Positions 18,952 through 28,548 of a DNA stretch of 64,000 nucleotides are shown piece by piece. Below the pieces are notes generated by a model. It was given only the letters and a program-made list of their open reading frames with translations, was not told the DNA's origin and did not search any database. Numbering within the stretch: the first letter of the stretch is position 1; the number at the start of each line of letters is the position of its first letter. This DNA is from Candidatus Latescibacterota bacterium (GTDB taxonomy: Bacteria > Latescibacterota > UBA2968 > UBA8231), in the NCBI GenBank assembly GCA_965221775.1, contig CBDCSU010000006.1, positions 800,001 to 864,000 on the forward strand, written 5' to 3'. The position numbers were made by a program, and so were the translations under genes.

Positions 18952-20049
18952 ATGCTGCGCATCGTCGACCAAGGCATCATCTCCCACGTAGAGGGCCGCG
19001 GCGCCTACATGCCGTGGATCACGCCGCTGGCGGACGGCTCCTTCATCGCCAGCCAGCATGTGGGGTCCGACCTCGGATCCCCCGACAACCACGTGGTCGT
19101 GCTGCGCTCGGAGGACGGCCGCCGGTTCACGGAGGTCGGCTTCGCCAGCCCCGCGGGTGACGGCTACGCCTACCGGGGACCGCAGATCAGCATCGCCGGC
19201 GACGGCCCCCGCCTCGTCATGACCTGCTCGCGCTTCGAGAACGAGGGCGACGGACGGCTCTTCGACCCCGACACCGAGGAGCTGCAGCGGCCGGAGCTGT
19301 GCCTGTTCTGGTCCGACGACGGCGGCGCCTCCTGGTCGGAGCCGCAGGTCGTGCCCGTCGACCTGCCGCCGGAGCGCTACACCTGGAACGGCGCCGGCCA
19401 GCTGCTGCAGTTGGCGCCCGACCGCTGGCTGTTGCCCCTGGAGACCTGGAAGCCGAAGGGGTACGAAGGCCCGCCCGACCAGCGGACGTGGGCGATCTTC
19501 TCGGCCGACGGCGGCGCCACCTGGGGCGAGCTGACCGAGGTCGCCAACGATCCCTCGGGCAAGATCCTCTACTGGGACCTGATGAACTGCCGGCTGGCGG
19601 ACGGCCGCGTGTACGCCCTCATCTGGACCCACCTCTACGGCACCAGCGACGACATCGAGAACCACTGGGTGGTCTCCGAGGACGAAGGACGCACCTGGTC
19701 GGAGCCGCGGCCGACGAACCTGCGCGGACAGGTCTGCACCCCCGTCCCCCTGGCCGACGGCCGGGTCGCCGCCGTCTACAACTACCGCCACGAGCCCCAG
19801 GGCGTGCGCGCCGCCCTCACCGAGGACTTCTCCACCTTCGACACCGACAACGAGGTCGTCCTCTTCGACGCCGGCGCCGAGGCCACCCTCGGCAGCCCCG
19901 ACCACGACAACTTCCTCGCCGAGCACATGCTCATCGCCTTCGGCAAGCCCGGCGGCCGGCGCCTCGACGACGGAACCCTGTTGACATGGTTCTGGTGCAC
20001 CTCGGGGGGCGTCACCCACACGCGCTGGGTGCGGCTCGAGGTGGACTGA
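18952..20049 (+). CDS. Sialidase-like beta-propeller protein with BNR/Asp-box repeats
   Basis: Asp boxes SEDGRRF, SDDGGASW, SADGGATW, SEDEGRTW; no signal peptide. Confidence 0.78.
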   Translation: MLRIVDQGIISHVEGRGAYMPWITPLADGSFIASQHVGSDLGSPDNHVVVLRSEDGRRFTEVGFASPAGDGYAYRGPQISIAGDGPRLVMTCSRFENEGDGRLFDPDTEELQRPELCLFWSDDGGASWSEPQVVPVDLPPERYTWNGAGQLLQLAPDRWLLPLETWKPKGYEGPPDQRTWAIFSADGGATWGELTEVANDPSGKILYWDLMNCRLADGRVYALIWTHLYGTSDDIENHWVVSEDEGRTWSEPRPTNLRGQVCTPVPLADGRVAAVYNYRHEPQGVRAALTEDFSTFDTDNEVVLFDAGAEATLGSPDHDNFLAEHMLIAFGKPGGRRLDDGTLLTWFWCTSGGVTHTRWVRLEVD

Positions 20050-20071
20050 GCCACCCCGGCGCCACGCGGCC

Positions 20072-20797
20072 TCAGCGGCCGCCGTCGTTTCCCGTGTAGA
20101 CCCGCTCGCCGCGCACCAGCACCGCCTTGCCGTCCGGCGGCCCGGCGAGCTCGTCGGCGCTGCGGTAGCCGATGGTCATGCTCGTGCGCGTGCCCTCGGT
20201 GCGGTTGGGGCCGATGCGGTGGAATACCAGACTGTCGATGGCCAGCAGCCCGCCCGCCGGCATGGGCACCGGCACCGCCTGCCCGGTGACCCGCGACTCC
20301 CGGATCCAGTCCTGCTCCTCCAGCCGGTGCAGCCGCGCCTCGCCGGGCAGCAGGTGCGTGCCGGGGATGACCTGCGTGCAGCCGTTGTCGAGGGTGGTCT
20401 CCTCGAGATAGTGGATCACCGTCAGCAGCCCCCGGCTCCACTGCAGGACGTCGCGGTGGAAGTAGTCGGAGCGCGCCGAGGCGACGTTCAGGGTGGCGTG
20501 GTTGTGACGGTTGAGGACGACCTCGATGTTGGGGCCGAGAAGCGCTTCCAGCGGGTCGAGGACGGCGGCATGGGCCGCTGCTTCCCGAAAGACCGGCTCC
20601 CTGTCCCACACCTGCGACAGGCGCACCACGCGATCTTCGGAGTCGCGCACCACGGGCTCGGCCCCGGCGCGCACGTCGGCGTCGATCGCCTGGCGCAGCC
20701 GCGCCGCCAGCTCTTCCGGCAGGCGCCCGTCGAGCTTCAGGTAGCCGTTGTGCCGGAACAGCCGCACCTGCTCCGCTGTCAGCGCCGGTCCGCTCAT
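20072..20797 (-). CDS. PhyH-family Fe(II)/2-oxoglutarate dioxygenase
   Basis: FRHNGYL, HRD (HxD), NGCTQVIPGTH, distal H in FHRIGPN, R in TRTS. Confidence 0.88.
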   Translation of the reverse strand: MSGPALTAEQVRLFRHNGYLKLDGRLPEELAARLRQAIDADVRAGAEPVVRDSEDRVVRLSQVWDREPVFREAAAHAAVLDPLEALLGPNIEVVLNRHNHATLNVASARSDYFHRDVLQWSRGLLTVIHYLEETTLDNGCTQVIPGTHLLPGEARLHRLEEQDWIRESRVTGQAVPVPMPAGGLLAIDSLVFHRIGPNRTEGTRTSMTIGYRSADELAGPPDGKAVLVRGERVYTGNDGGR

Positions 20798-20867
20798 GTC
20801 AGCTCCCCGGGTCTCCGTTTTCGCAGCCGTTTGCCGTCACCCCGACGGCCCCTCAAGTTCTTCCCTC

Positions 20868-22445
20868 ATGACGCGCGTGCAAAATGTGAACACCACCGAC
20901 CTGAAGGCCGCTCTCGAGTTGGGTAGCCGCTGCATGAGCGGCCTCTTCAACGCCGACGACCCGGAGGGCGTCGCCTTCTTCAGCTCCAGCCTGCGGCCCG
21001 AGGCCCGCCTCTCCTTCAGCGTCGCCCACTCCGAGTCGCACGTGCCGGGCCGCCACCTGAACGCCCTGCTCGAGGCCGAGGACGCCGCCGGCATCGAGGT
21101 CGACGAGGAGGTGGTGCGCCGCCACCGCCACGCGGCCCTGCTCTCCTACTCGGGAGCGGCGCCGCTGGCCCTCAACCGCACGGAGATCGGCGGCCCCCTG
21201 GTCTCCTTCTGTCCCCACAACCTGCGCGAGGGCTTCCACGCTCTCTACGCCCTGGCCGCCTTCCGCGGCGACGGCGAGGCGGCGGAGCTGGCCGAGCGCA
21301 GCGTCCGCTGCATCTTCGATCTGTGGTCCCCCGAAACGGGCTGGGACGAGGCCCGCCTCGAATCCCTGGGCCTGGAGCACAAGGCCTGCCAGGGCTTCGT
21401 CCACGGCGAGGCGCGCATGCTCGGCCCCCTCGTCAAGATCCACCGGACCACGGGCTCGGCCGCCGCCCTTGAGCTGGCCCTGGTGCTGCGCGACAAGCTC
21501 CTGGCCGAGGCCTTCCCCGAGGACGGGTCCTGGGACCCGGAGGGCGTCGGCACCACCCACGTGCACTCCATCACCTGCTGCCTCTCCTCCCTGGCGCAGC
21601 TGGCCGCCCACCTCGGCGACGCCGTCCTGATGCAGCGGGTGCGTGCGTTCTACGATGGCGGCCTCTGGCAGCTGCGCGACGAGATCGGCTGGACCCCGGA
21701 GTCGACCACCGAGACCGACTCCGATCACGGCGAGGCCAACAACACGGGCGACATCCTCGAGACCGCCCTGATCCTCGGCCGCCACGGCTGCGCGGCGGCC
21801 TTCGCCGACGCCGAGCGCATCCTGCGCTGCCACCTGCTGCCGAGCCAGCTCCGGGACGCCTCCTTCATCGAGGAGCCCCCCAACCCCGAGGGACTCGACG
21901 GCCTGCGGGACATGGCCGGCCGCCACCTCGGCGCCTTCGGCTTTCCCGCCCCCTACGGCCACGAGTCCGCCGGCCAGGGGCGGGCGAACCTCTCCTTCAA
22001 CATGGATATCGTCGGCGGCGCCTGCGCCTCCATCGCCGCCGCCTGCCGCGAGGTGGTCCGCGCCGACGGCACCGGCGTCCACGTCGATTTGTGGTTCGAC
22101 TGGGAGAGCGAGGCGGCCTGCGTCCAGTCGCCCTGCACGCACGACGGGCGGCTCACGGTGCGGGTCGGGCGGGCGGGGCCGTTGTGGCTGCGGCTGCCTC
22201 CCTGGCTGGAAGGTGGTCTGGCGCTGACCGGCGATGCTCCCGAGCCTCGCCGCCTCGGGGATCACCTGTTCTGGGGCGGCCTGCCCGCCGGGACCTCGGT
22301 CGAGGCGCGGGTCGATCTTCCCGATCGGGAGGTCGTGCTGTCCCCCCACCTGCACCGCCGGCCGATCCGCGCTCGCCTGCGCGGCGACTCCGTGGCCGCC
22401 ATGGACGGCTTCGGCGCCGACCTGACCTTCTTCGATCCCCTCTGA
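20868..22445 (+). CDS. Hypothetical protein, probable (alpha/alpha)6-barrel glycosidase (GH127/GH146-like)
   Basis: Long GC3-biased ORF; HVHS, GEANNTGD, AERILRCHLLPSQ, and C-terminal VHVDLWF and LWLRLPPW reminiscent of beta-L-arabinofuranosidase-like proteins. Confidence 0.5.
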   Translation: MTRVQNVNTTDLKAALELGSRCMSGLFNADDPEGVAFFSSSLRPEARLSFSVAHSESHVPGRHLNALLEAEDAAGIEVDEEVVRRHRHAALLSYSGAAPLALNRTEIGGPLVSFCPHNLREGFHALYALAAFRGDGEAAELAERSVRCIFDLWSPETGWDEARLESLGLEHKACQGFVHGEARMLGPLVKIHRTTGSAAALELALVLRDKLLAEAFPEDGSWDPEGVGTTHVHSITCCLSSLAQLAAHLGDAVLMQRVRAFYDGGLWQLRDEIGWTPESTTETDSDHGEANNTGDILETALILGRHGCAAAFADAERILRCHLLPSQLRDASFIEEPPNPEGLDGLRDMAGRHLGAFGFPAPYGHESAGQGRANLSFNMDIVGGACASIAAACREVVRADGTGVHVDLWFDWESEAACVQSPCTHDGRLTVRVGRAGPLWLRLPPWLEGGLALTGDAPEPRRLGDHLFWGGLPAGTSVEARVDLPDREVVLSPHLHRRPIRARLRGDSVAAMDGFGADLTFFDPL

Positions 22446-22500
22446 GCCGCAGGGACACGTCGACCCCATGGCCGCCGAGGCGTGTGGACGCCGAGGATGT

Positions 22501-22770
22501 CCCATGAGAGCCATCATTAAGGCTTCCTGTCCCCTTCGCCGGCCGACAGCGTGCACTTCTGCCTGCCCTTCGATTACGAGCAGTGGCGACTTGATCATCC
22601 ACGGCCTGGGGCCAAGCCGCTGGCAGATCTGAACGTGGGGGAGCCACAACCGCCCCTTTCGCCAGGAGGTGGTGACCGAAGTGCCGGGGTGGTCGCCGCA
22701 GCGCGCGGGGTCGACTCCCTGGGCACGGCCTCGACGCCGCTCCACGGATTCACCGACATCGACCTCAGGC
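22501..22770 (+). pseudogene. Possible gene remnant (fragment HFCLPFDYEQWRLDHPRPGAKPLADLNVGEP)
   Basis: Protein-like segment with an in-frame stop just upstream and no clean start; lower GC; adjacent to a toxin-antitoxin pair. Confidence 0.3.
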
Positions 22771-22822
22771 ACCTAGGCGCGCACCGCGGAGAGCTCTCCA
22801 GTGTGTGGACAAAGCGCACACA

Positions 22823-23125
22823 ATGGATGAATTTCGGAGTGTGCCCGGCTTCGATTGGAACCTGGAGAAGAACCGGCAACTCGCCGAGCAGCGGGGGGTC
22901 TCATTCGAGCGCGTCGTCTCCGCGATCGAGCAAGGCGGTCTGGTGGACGTGCTGGAGCACCCCGCCCAGGAGCGGTATCCGGGACAGATGATCTATGTCG
23001 TGGACATCGAACAGTACCTCTACCTCGTGCCCTTCGTGACCGATACGGACGGCACGAGGTTCCTGAAGACGGTCATCCCCAGCCGGAAGGCGACGCGGGA
23101 CTATCGCAGGAGGCGATCATCGTGA
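22823..23125 (+). CDS. BrnT-like type II toxin
   Basis: FDWNLEKNRQLAEQRGVSFE, HPAQERYPGQ, YLVPFV, FLKTVIPSRKATRDY. Confidence 0.85.
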   Translation: MDEFRSVPGFDWNLEKNRQLAEQRGVSFERVVSAIEQGGLVDVLEHPAQERYPGQMIYVVDIEQYLYLVPFVTDTDGTRFLKTVIPSRKATRDYRRRRSS

Positions 23126-23397
23126 GCGACCAACTGAACGCCGAAGACCAGGAGATCCTGGAGAAGTTCAACCGGGGCGAGCTGCGCCGCGGTGCCGGCG
23201 CCGACGACGAGATGGAGGCTGCGCGTCAAGCGGCCCGCAGCACCTTCAACAAGACCCGGCGGGTCAACCTGAGGGTGACCGAACGCGACTTCAACCTCGC
23301 CCACGCGCGCGCCCGGGAGGAGGGGATCCCATACCAGACGCTGCTGTCGAGCGTCATCCACAAGTACCTGGCCGGCAGATTGACGGACAGGACATAG
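23122..23397 (+). CDS. Cognate antitoxin (CopG/BrnA-like)
   Basis: KTRRVNLRVTERD...AREEGIPYQTLLSSVIHKY; GTGA overlap with the toxin, AGGAGG RBS. Confidence 0.85.
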   Translation: MSDQLNAEDQEILEKFNRGELRRGAGADDEMEAARQAARSTFNKTRRVNLRVTERDFNLAHARAREEGIPYQTLLSSVIHKYLAGRLTDRT

Positions 23398-23428
23398 CAC
23401 ATACCGCGAGTCCGCCCCGGGCGGGCGG

Positions 23429-24709
23429 TCAGGCGCTCGACAGGGCGGTCTTGTACACGGTGTAGTTCTTCAACACCTTCTTCACGTAGATCCGCGTCTC
23501 CTTGTAGGGGATGCGCTCCACGAAGGCGTCGGCGTCGTCCAGCGGAAGGCGCCCGACCCACTGCTTGGCGGCGGAGGGCCCGGCGTTGTAGGCGGCCAGG
23601 CCGAGCTCGAAACCGACCTCCCGGGTGCGGCCCGAGGCGAAGGAGCGCATCTGCTCGCCGAGGTAGCACGAGCCCATGCGGATCGAGACCTCCGGGTCGG
23701 CCAGCAGGCCCTTCTCGAAGTCCCCCATCCCCACCTTGGAGGCCAGGGAGCGGCCCGTTCGCGGCATGATCTGCATGACGCCCAGCGCCCCGGCATGGGA
23801 CTCGGCCTGCTCCTCGAAGTGGCTCTCCTGCCGGATGACGGCCAGCACGAGGTAGGGATCCAGCCCGGCCTCGCCGGCAGCCGTCCTCACCTGCTCCCAC
23901 GAGAAGCCGGCGCCGTCCGGGGCCGGGTGCTGGTGGTCGCCGCGGCGCCCCGGGGTCCCCCGGTATCCCATGCTGACGGCCCGCGCCGAGTAGTAGGAGC
24001 GCGGGAACTGGTCGGCAACCGTCTGGAAGAGCACTTCGGCCTCCCGCTCCAGACCCAGATGCCTGGCGCTCTTCCCGGCCCAGAAGAAACTCTGATCGAC
24101 GAGGTGCGGCTCCGAGGCGTCGACGCCAACCCTCTGGAACAGGTAGAGCGACTCCCGGTAGCGCTCGGCGCAGTACAGCATGAAGGCGGCGCTCCAGTTC
24201 GCCTGGTCGCGCATCGGACTGTCAGGGTGCTCGTCCACCAGTTGCCCGAACAGGTCGCGGGCGCGGGTGTAGTCGCCGCCGCGCTCGGCCGCCTTGGCCG
24301 CCTGCCACAGGGCCTCGTCGGCGAGTTCGTGCCCGGGGTGCTCGGCCGCCAGCCGCGCGAAGGTGACGACGGCCTCCTCGTCGCGGTGGAGGCGCACCTG
24401 GATCCCGCCCGTCTCGTAGAGGCTGTCGGGGTCGGCGGGCTGCTCATCGCGCTCCCCGGCGCCGGGCACCGCCGGAGGGAGGGAGAGGGAGTCGGTGCCG
24501 GTCCCCTGCCGCTCGGGCGAGGGACCTCTGCCGCTCGGGTCCGCCGGTTGCCGCGCCGCGGGCGCCTTCTCCGCGGCCCCGTCCGGCGACCGCAGGGCGA
24601 GGCGGGTCTCCATCAGCAGCGCCCCCGCGAGGAACACCCCGGTCAGGGCGATCCCGGTCACGGGTCCGAACTCCTGCTTCCTCTTTCTCGGTGGCCTATT
24701 CATGGTCAT
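23429..24709 (-). CDS. Membrane-anchored lytic transglycosylase (SLT domain) with TPR repeats
   Basis: N-terminal TM helix; TPR-like helices; IRQES (catalytic Glu), GALGVMQIMP, AAYNAGP, IPYKETRIYVKKV. Confidence 0.9.
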   Translation of the reverse strand: MTMNRPPRKRKQEFGPVTGIALTGVFLAGALLMETRLALRSPDGAAEKAPAARQPADPSGRGPSPERQGTGTDSLSLPPAVPGAGERDEQPADPDSLYETGGIQVRLHRDEEAVVTFARLAAEHPGHELADEALWQAAKAAERGGDYTRARDLFGQLVDEHPDSPMRDQANWSAAFMLYCAERYRESLYLFQRVGVDASEPHLVDQSFFWAGKSARHLGLEREAEVLFQTVADQFPRSYYSARAVSMGYRGTPGRRGDHQHPAPDGAGFSWEQVRTAAGEAGLDPYLVLAVIRQESHFEEQAESHAGALGVMQIMPRTGRSLASKVGMGDFEKGLLADPEVSIRMGSCYLGEQMRSFASGRTREVGFELGLAAYNAGPSAAKQWVGRLPLDDADAFVERIPYKETRIYVKKVLKNYTVYKTALSSA

Positions 24710-24718
24710 GCTCCCCGT

Positions 24719-24886
24719 TCAAGGCTGCGGCGGGTCCCCGGGCGCCTCCTCCACCGACCCCTCCAGCTCGCGGAGGGTGTGACGGATGCTTTCGAGACAG
24801 GCCCGGATCTCGCGGTCGAGTTCCTCGAGCTGTCGATCGATCCGTTGTCGCGTCCCTGGATCTTCCTTGCCTCTCCGCCCATTCAT
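24719..24886 (-). CDS. Small coiled-coil protein, 55 aa (not in the ORF track)
   Basis: MNGRRGKEDPGTRQRIDRQLEELDREIRACLESIRHTLRELEGSVEEAPGDPPQP; AGGAGAG RBS; lies between the sigma54 promoter and the SLT gene. Confidence 0.6.
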   Translation of the reverse strand: MNGRRGKEDPGTRQRIDRQLEELDREIRACLESIRHTLRELEGSVEEAPGDPPQP

Positions 24887-24942
24887 CTCTCCTGGCGTTG
24901 CCTTTCCCTCCCAGGTGGCGTTCGCTTTCCCCGGCCTGGATT

Positions 24943-24958
24943 AGCAAAGCCCATGCCT
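24943..24958 (-). promoter_or_regulatory. Sigma54 (-24/-12) promoter
   Basis: Minus strand AGGCATGGGCTTTGCT = GG-N10-GC; upstream IHF-like AT-rich site (~25005-25024) and repeats (25029-25120). Confidence 0.65.
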
Positions 24959-25236
24959 CCCCCCTGGGGACGGCCTGAACCGTCCCTGGAAAGAGGTCTT
25001 ATCCTGCTGTTTTACAGTGAGTTAGGGAGATGTCGAGGAAGCGGATCCCGACATCGGTGGCGGCGGTGCGAGGGGGAAAATTCCGGTGGGCCGACGGTGG
25101 GCCGACGGGAAAAACCTGCCGGCGACTCAGGCGCGCCGATCAGGTCGCTGGAGCCGTCCCCGGGGCCGGGGGCGGACAGCGGCGGACCGCGGCCCCGGGG
25201 CGGAGCCAGGCCAGCCTCGTCCCCGCGACCGGGGGA

Positions 25237-26313
25237 TCACCACTTGCCGGCGCGGTACTCCGTGAGGGCGCGGTCCATCAGCCGGCGGGCCCCCGCCCGG
25301 GGCTCCTCGTCCTGGAGCTGGCGGTAGATGCCGGCGAAGATCTCCACGTCGTTCTCGATCTCGGTCTCGAAGCCGGGGACGATCTGGCGCGTGTAGTACC
25401 GGGCCAGCCCGGCGTAGGCGGCGTACGTCGTCCAGTCCAGCTCGCCGCTGGCCAGGTCGCGCGCCTCCGCCTCCCGGAACAGGTCCAGGAGCAGGTGCAT
25501 GCCCACCTCGTGGACGATGAGGCCCAGCATGTGATCGGGGTCCCCGATGGGGGTCAGGAGACTGCGGGCGTATCCCAGCCCCGTCACCCCGCGGCCCCCG
25601 GGGGCGGAGGTGAGGACGATCTCGTAGCGGCGGCCGCGGAAGCGCACGCCCGCCTTGCGCTCCCAGGTGCCGATGAGGTCGAGGGACCACAGCTCGCCGT
25701 TGAGGTGGTCGGCGACCGGCTCCAGGTCGTCCTCGACCTCGGGCCACACCCGGTCGTACCAGGCCGGGTAGCTGCGCTCGTACACCGACACGAGCTGGCG
25801 GATCGCCCGCAGGTAGCCTTCGTAGACCTCGGCGCGGCTGTAGAAGAACCCCTCGAAGTCGAAGAGCCAGTCCTTCAGGCGCTCGTGGGCGCGGTGGTAG
25901 GGGTCGCGCAGCTCGCGGTAGTCCCGGTTGCGCATGGCCTGGTCGAGGGCGTGGAGGTACTCGAACAGCTCGTGCTCGCTCTCCAGGGGCAGGTAGGCGG
26001 GCAGGAGCACGAAGAACGGGGCCAGGTCGCCGGTGACGCCCTGACCCCACTGCAGGGCCGGCGCGTGCAACTGCAGGACATGGGCGGACTCGGCGTCCAC
26101 CGTGTGGCCCCAGGCCTCGGCGTACGGGTTCGGCCAGGGGAGGCCGGCCACGGCCGTCAGGTGCAGCAGGTAGTTGGGGACCGCCTCGACGACGCAGACC
26201 GCCTCCGCCTCGCCCTCGCCGGCGAAGACGGGGCCCCCCGACGGCCGCGCCGCCGGAGCGGCGCAGCCGGCGGCGAGCAGCAGCAGCGGCGCCAGGAGAG
26301 ACCAGCGTCTCAT
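25237..26313 (-). CDS. Hypothetical lipoprotein, possibly a zinc metallopeptidase-like fold
   Basis: Lipobox LLAAG-C; IVHEVGMHLL (HExxxH). Confidence 0.65.
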   Translation of the reverse strand: MRRWSLLAPLLLLAAGCAAPAARPSGGPVFAGEGEAEAVCVVEAVPNYLLHLTAVAGLPWPNPYAEAWGHTVDAESAHVLQLHAPALQWGQGVTGDLAPFFVLLPAYLPLESEHELFEYLHALDQAMRNRDYRELRDPYHRAHERLKDWLFDFEGFFYSRAEVYEGYLRAIRQLVSVYERSYPAWYDRVWPEVEDDLEPVADHLNGELWSLDLIGTWERKAGVRFRGRRYEIVLTSAPGGRGVTGLGYARSLLTPIGDPDHMLGLIVHEVGMHLLLDLFREAEARDLASGELDWTTYAAYAGLARYYTRQIVPGFETEIENDVEIFAGIYRQLQDEEPRAGARRLMDRALTEYRAGKW

Positions 26314-26350
26314 TCGTTCCGCGGGGATCCCCGGGCTCCCGCCGGCGGCC

Positions 26351-27802
26351 CTACAGCAGGCCGAACTTGGCCGCCAGGCCCCAGGCGCTGATCGCTGCGA
26401 AGACCCCCAGGACCGCGGCCGACATCCAGCCGCCGGCGGCGATCAGCCAGTGGGTCCGGTGGGCCCTGGGCAGGAGCCGGTTGAGATAGAGGGCGCCGAG
26501 GCTGATGAGGAAGATCGCCAGGTTGGCCAGCAGGAAGCTGGCGATCTGGATGAGGGTGTCGAAGGGCACTCCCGTCCAGATCAGGGCCAGGGCCGCCGAC
26601 GCCACCCACAGGCAGCTCACCCTCTTGATCCCCTCGTAGCTCCACTGGCGGCGGGGCCAGATGGCGGACAGGAACTCCTGCACGACGCGGGCATAGACCT
26701 CCGGCAGGGCCTGCAGGGTGCCCCACAGGGCGGCGAGGATGCAGACGTAGTAGATCCACACCAGCGACGGATGGATCGCCCGCCACACGTGGGCCTGCTC
26801 GGTGAGCAGACTCCAGCCCTCGAAGCGGGTCTGCAGCGGGAACAGCACCGCCGCCCCCGACAGCATGAAGGCCGCCGTCACCACGAAGAGCACCACGGCG
26901 CCGGCGCCCACGTCCCAGCGCACGGGGGAGGTCAGCACCCGCAGGCGGCGCACCGACTCGGCGTCCTCGGGCAGGTGCGCCACGCGGCCGCTGGCCAGGG
27001 CCTGCTCGCGGATCGCCTCGATGCGCGGATGGTCCGTCAGGCCCCAGCGGTGCAGGCCGACCCAGTTGGAGTAGGCGAGGTAGATGAAGACGCCGCCGCC
27101 GACGTAGCCGAAGGTGGTGGCCATCATCAGCAGGGGATTGGCGCGCGCCGCCTCGGGCGCCCAGGAAGGCAGGTCCGGAATCTGTCCGAAGCTCAGGCTG
27201 CCGGCGAGGGCGGCGCCGAGGTCGGGGCGCACGATGGCGGTCCCCACGGCGGTGCCGGCCACCAGGATCAGGCAAATCAGGATCTGCTGCTTCTCCAGGC
27301 GCGAGAAGGAGAGGCGCATGCCCAGGGCCAGGGCCAGGAGGATGAAGAGGGAGGTGCCCGCGTTCTGCCAGAGGGCGGGAGAGGAGCCCTCGGGGCCCGC
27401 GAGATAGTGGACGAGGTTGCCGCAGGGCTTGGCGATCGCCACCCAGGCCATGGGCGCGCAGGACATCTCGAGGCCGACCAGCAGCAGCAGGAACCAGCCC
27501 CGGGGGCCCGGAAGCTGCACGAGGCGGTGGCCGATCAGCTCGCCGCTGACGGCGGTGTAGCGGCCGATGAGGTAGGTGACGAAGACGCCCTTGACCACGG
27601 CCGAGAGCAGCACCAGCCACAGCAGCCCGTACCCGGCCCAGGCGCCGGCGCGGACGACGACGATCGTCTCGCCGGCGCCGATGCTGACCGAGGCGACGAT
27701 CGCCGCGGGGCCGAACATGGCCAGCAGCCGCCGGACCTTGCCCGCCGACCACGGTTCCGTGAAGAGCCCCGTCGCCGGGGGGATATGGGCTTGTTCCGCC
27801 AT
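26351..27802 (-). CDS. Nramp-like/APC-fold membrane transporter
   Basis: FGPAAIVASVSIGAGE, GAWAGYGLLW, GRYTAVSGE; about 11 hydrophobic segments. Confidence 0.8.
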   Translation of the reverse strand: MAEQAHIPPATGLFTEPWSAGKVRRLLAMFGPAAIVASVSIGAGETIVVVRAGAWAGYGLLWLVLLSAVVKGVFVTYLIGRYTAVSGELIGHRLVQLPGPRGWFLLLLVGLEMSCAPMAWVAIAKPCGNLVHYLAGPEGSSPALWQNAGTSLFILLALALGMRLSFSRLEKQQILICLILVAGTAVGTAIVRPDLGAALAGSLSFGQIPDLPSWAPEAARANPLLMMATTFGYVGGGVFIYLAYSNWVGLHRWGLTDHPRIEAIREQALASGRVAHLPEDAESVRRLRVLTSPVRWDVGAGAVVLFVVTAAFMLSGAAVLFPLQTRFEGWSLLTEQAHVWRAIHPSLVWIYYVCILAALWGTLQALPEVYARVVQEFLSAIWPRRQWSYEGIKRVSCLWVASAALALIWTGVPFDTLIQIASFLLANLAIFLISLGALYLNRLLPRAHRTHWLIAAGGWMSAAVLGVFAAISAWGLAAKFGLL

Positions 27803-27927
27803 GGCCTCTATATAGGGATCGCCCCGCCCCGGGGGAAATCCGGCGGCGCGGCCCACCCTGGCGGCCACCAGGGGATGTTTGACACACCTTCCGGTGCGCG
27901 GTCTAGATTGCCGGCGTGGGTTCTCTC

Positions 27928-28548
27928 ATGGAGTCCATCCCCCCCGCTCCCGCCGAGGCCGCCGCCACCTGCCGCCTCGTCGAGCCCTCCGAAGGCTACC
28001 GCGACAGCTTCCTCGAAGGCGCCGCCGAGTTCGCCGGCGAGGGCCGTCTCGACTCCACCTACGCCGCCGGCCTGGGCTACGACCTCGTGCGGCTGGGGCG
28101 CGACCTGCCGTCCTTCGTGCGCGACCTGCGGCGCCTGGCCGAGCCCCGGCGCCGGTACGGCGGCGGCTACCCGGACCGGGTCTACTGGCTCGTCGACGGC
28201 GGCCGCTACCTCGGGCAGACGTCGATCCGGCCCGACCTGAAGTCGAGATACCTGATCACCTACGGCGGCCACGTGGGCTACAGCATCCGGCCGCGGCAGC
28301 GGCGGCGCGGTTACGGCCGCCGCATCCTGGGGCTGGCCCTTCAGCGCTGCCGCGGGCTGGGGCTCGAGCGGGTGCTGGTGACCTGCGACGAGGACAACAT
28401 CGCCTCGAAGCGGATCATCGAGGCCAACGGCGGACACTTCGAGTCGAGCCTGGTCATGGACGCCGGCGCCGCCCGCTCCGAGGGCCGCGGCGGCGGCGAG
28501 ATCCGCAAGCTGCGCTACTGGATCGACCTCTCCGAGATCCCTTCGTGA
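27928..28548 (+). CDS. GNAT-family acetyltransferase
   Basis: GGHVGYSIRPRQRRRGYG, LVTCDEDNIASKRIIEANGG. Confidence 0.88.
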   Translation: MESIPPAPAEAAATCRLVEPSEGYRDSFLEGAAEFAGEGRLDSTYAAGLGYDLVRLGRDLPSFVRDLRRLAEPRRRYGGGYPDRVYWLVDGGRYLGQTSIRPDLKSRYLITYGGHVGYSIRPRQRRRGYGRRILGLALQRCRGLGLERVLVTCDEDNIASKRIIEANGGHFESSLVMDAGAARSEGRGGGEIRKLRYWIDLSEIPS

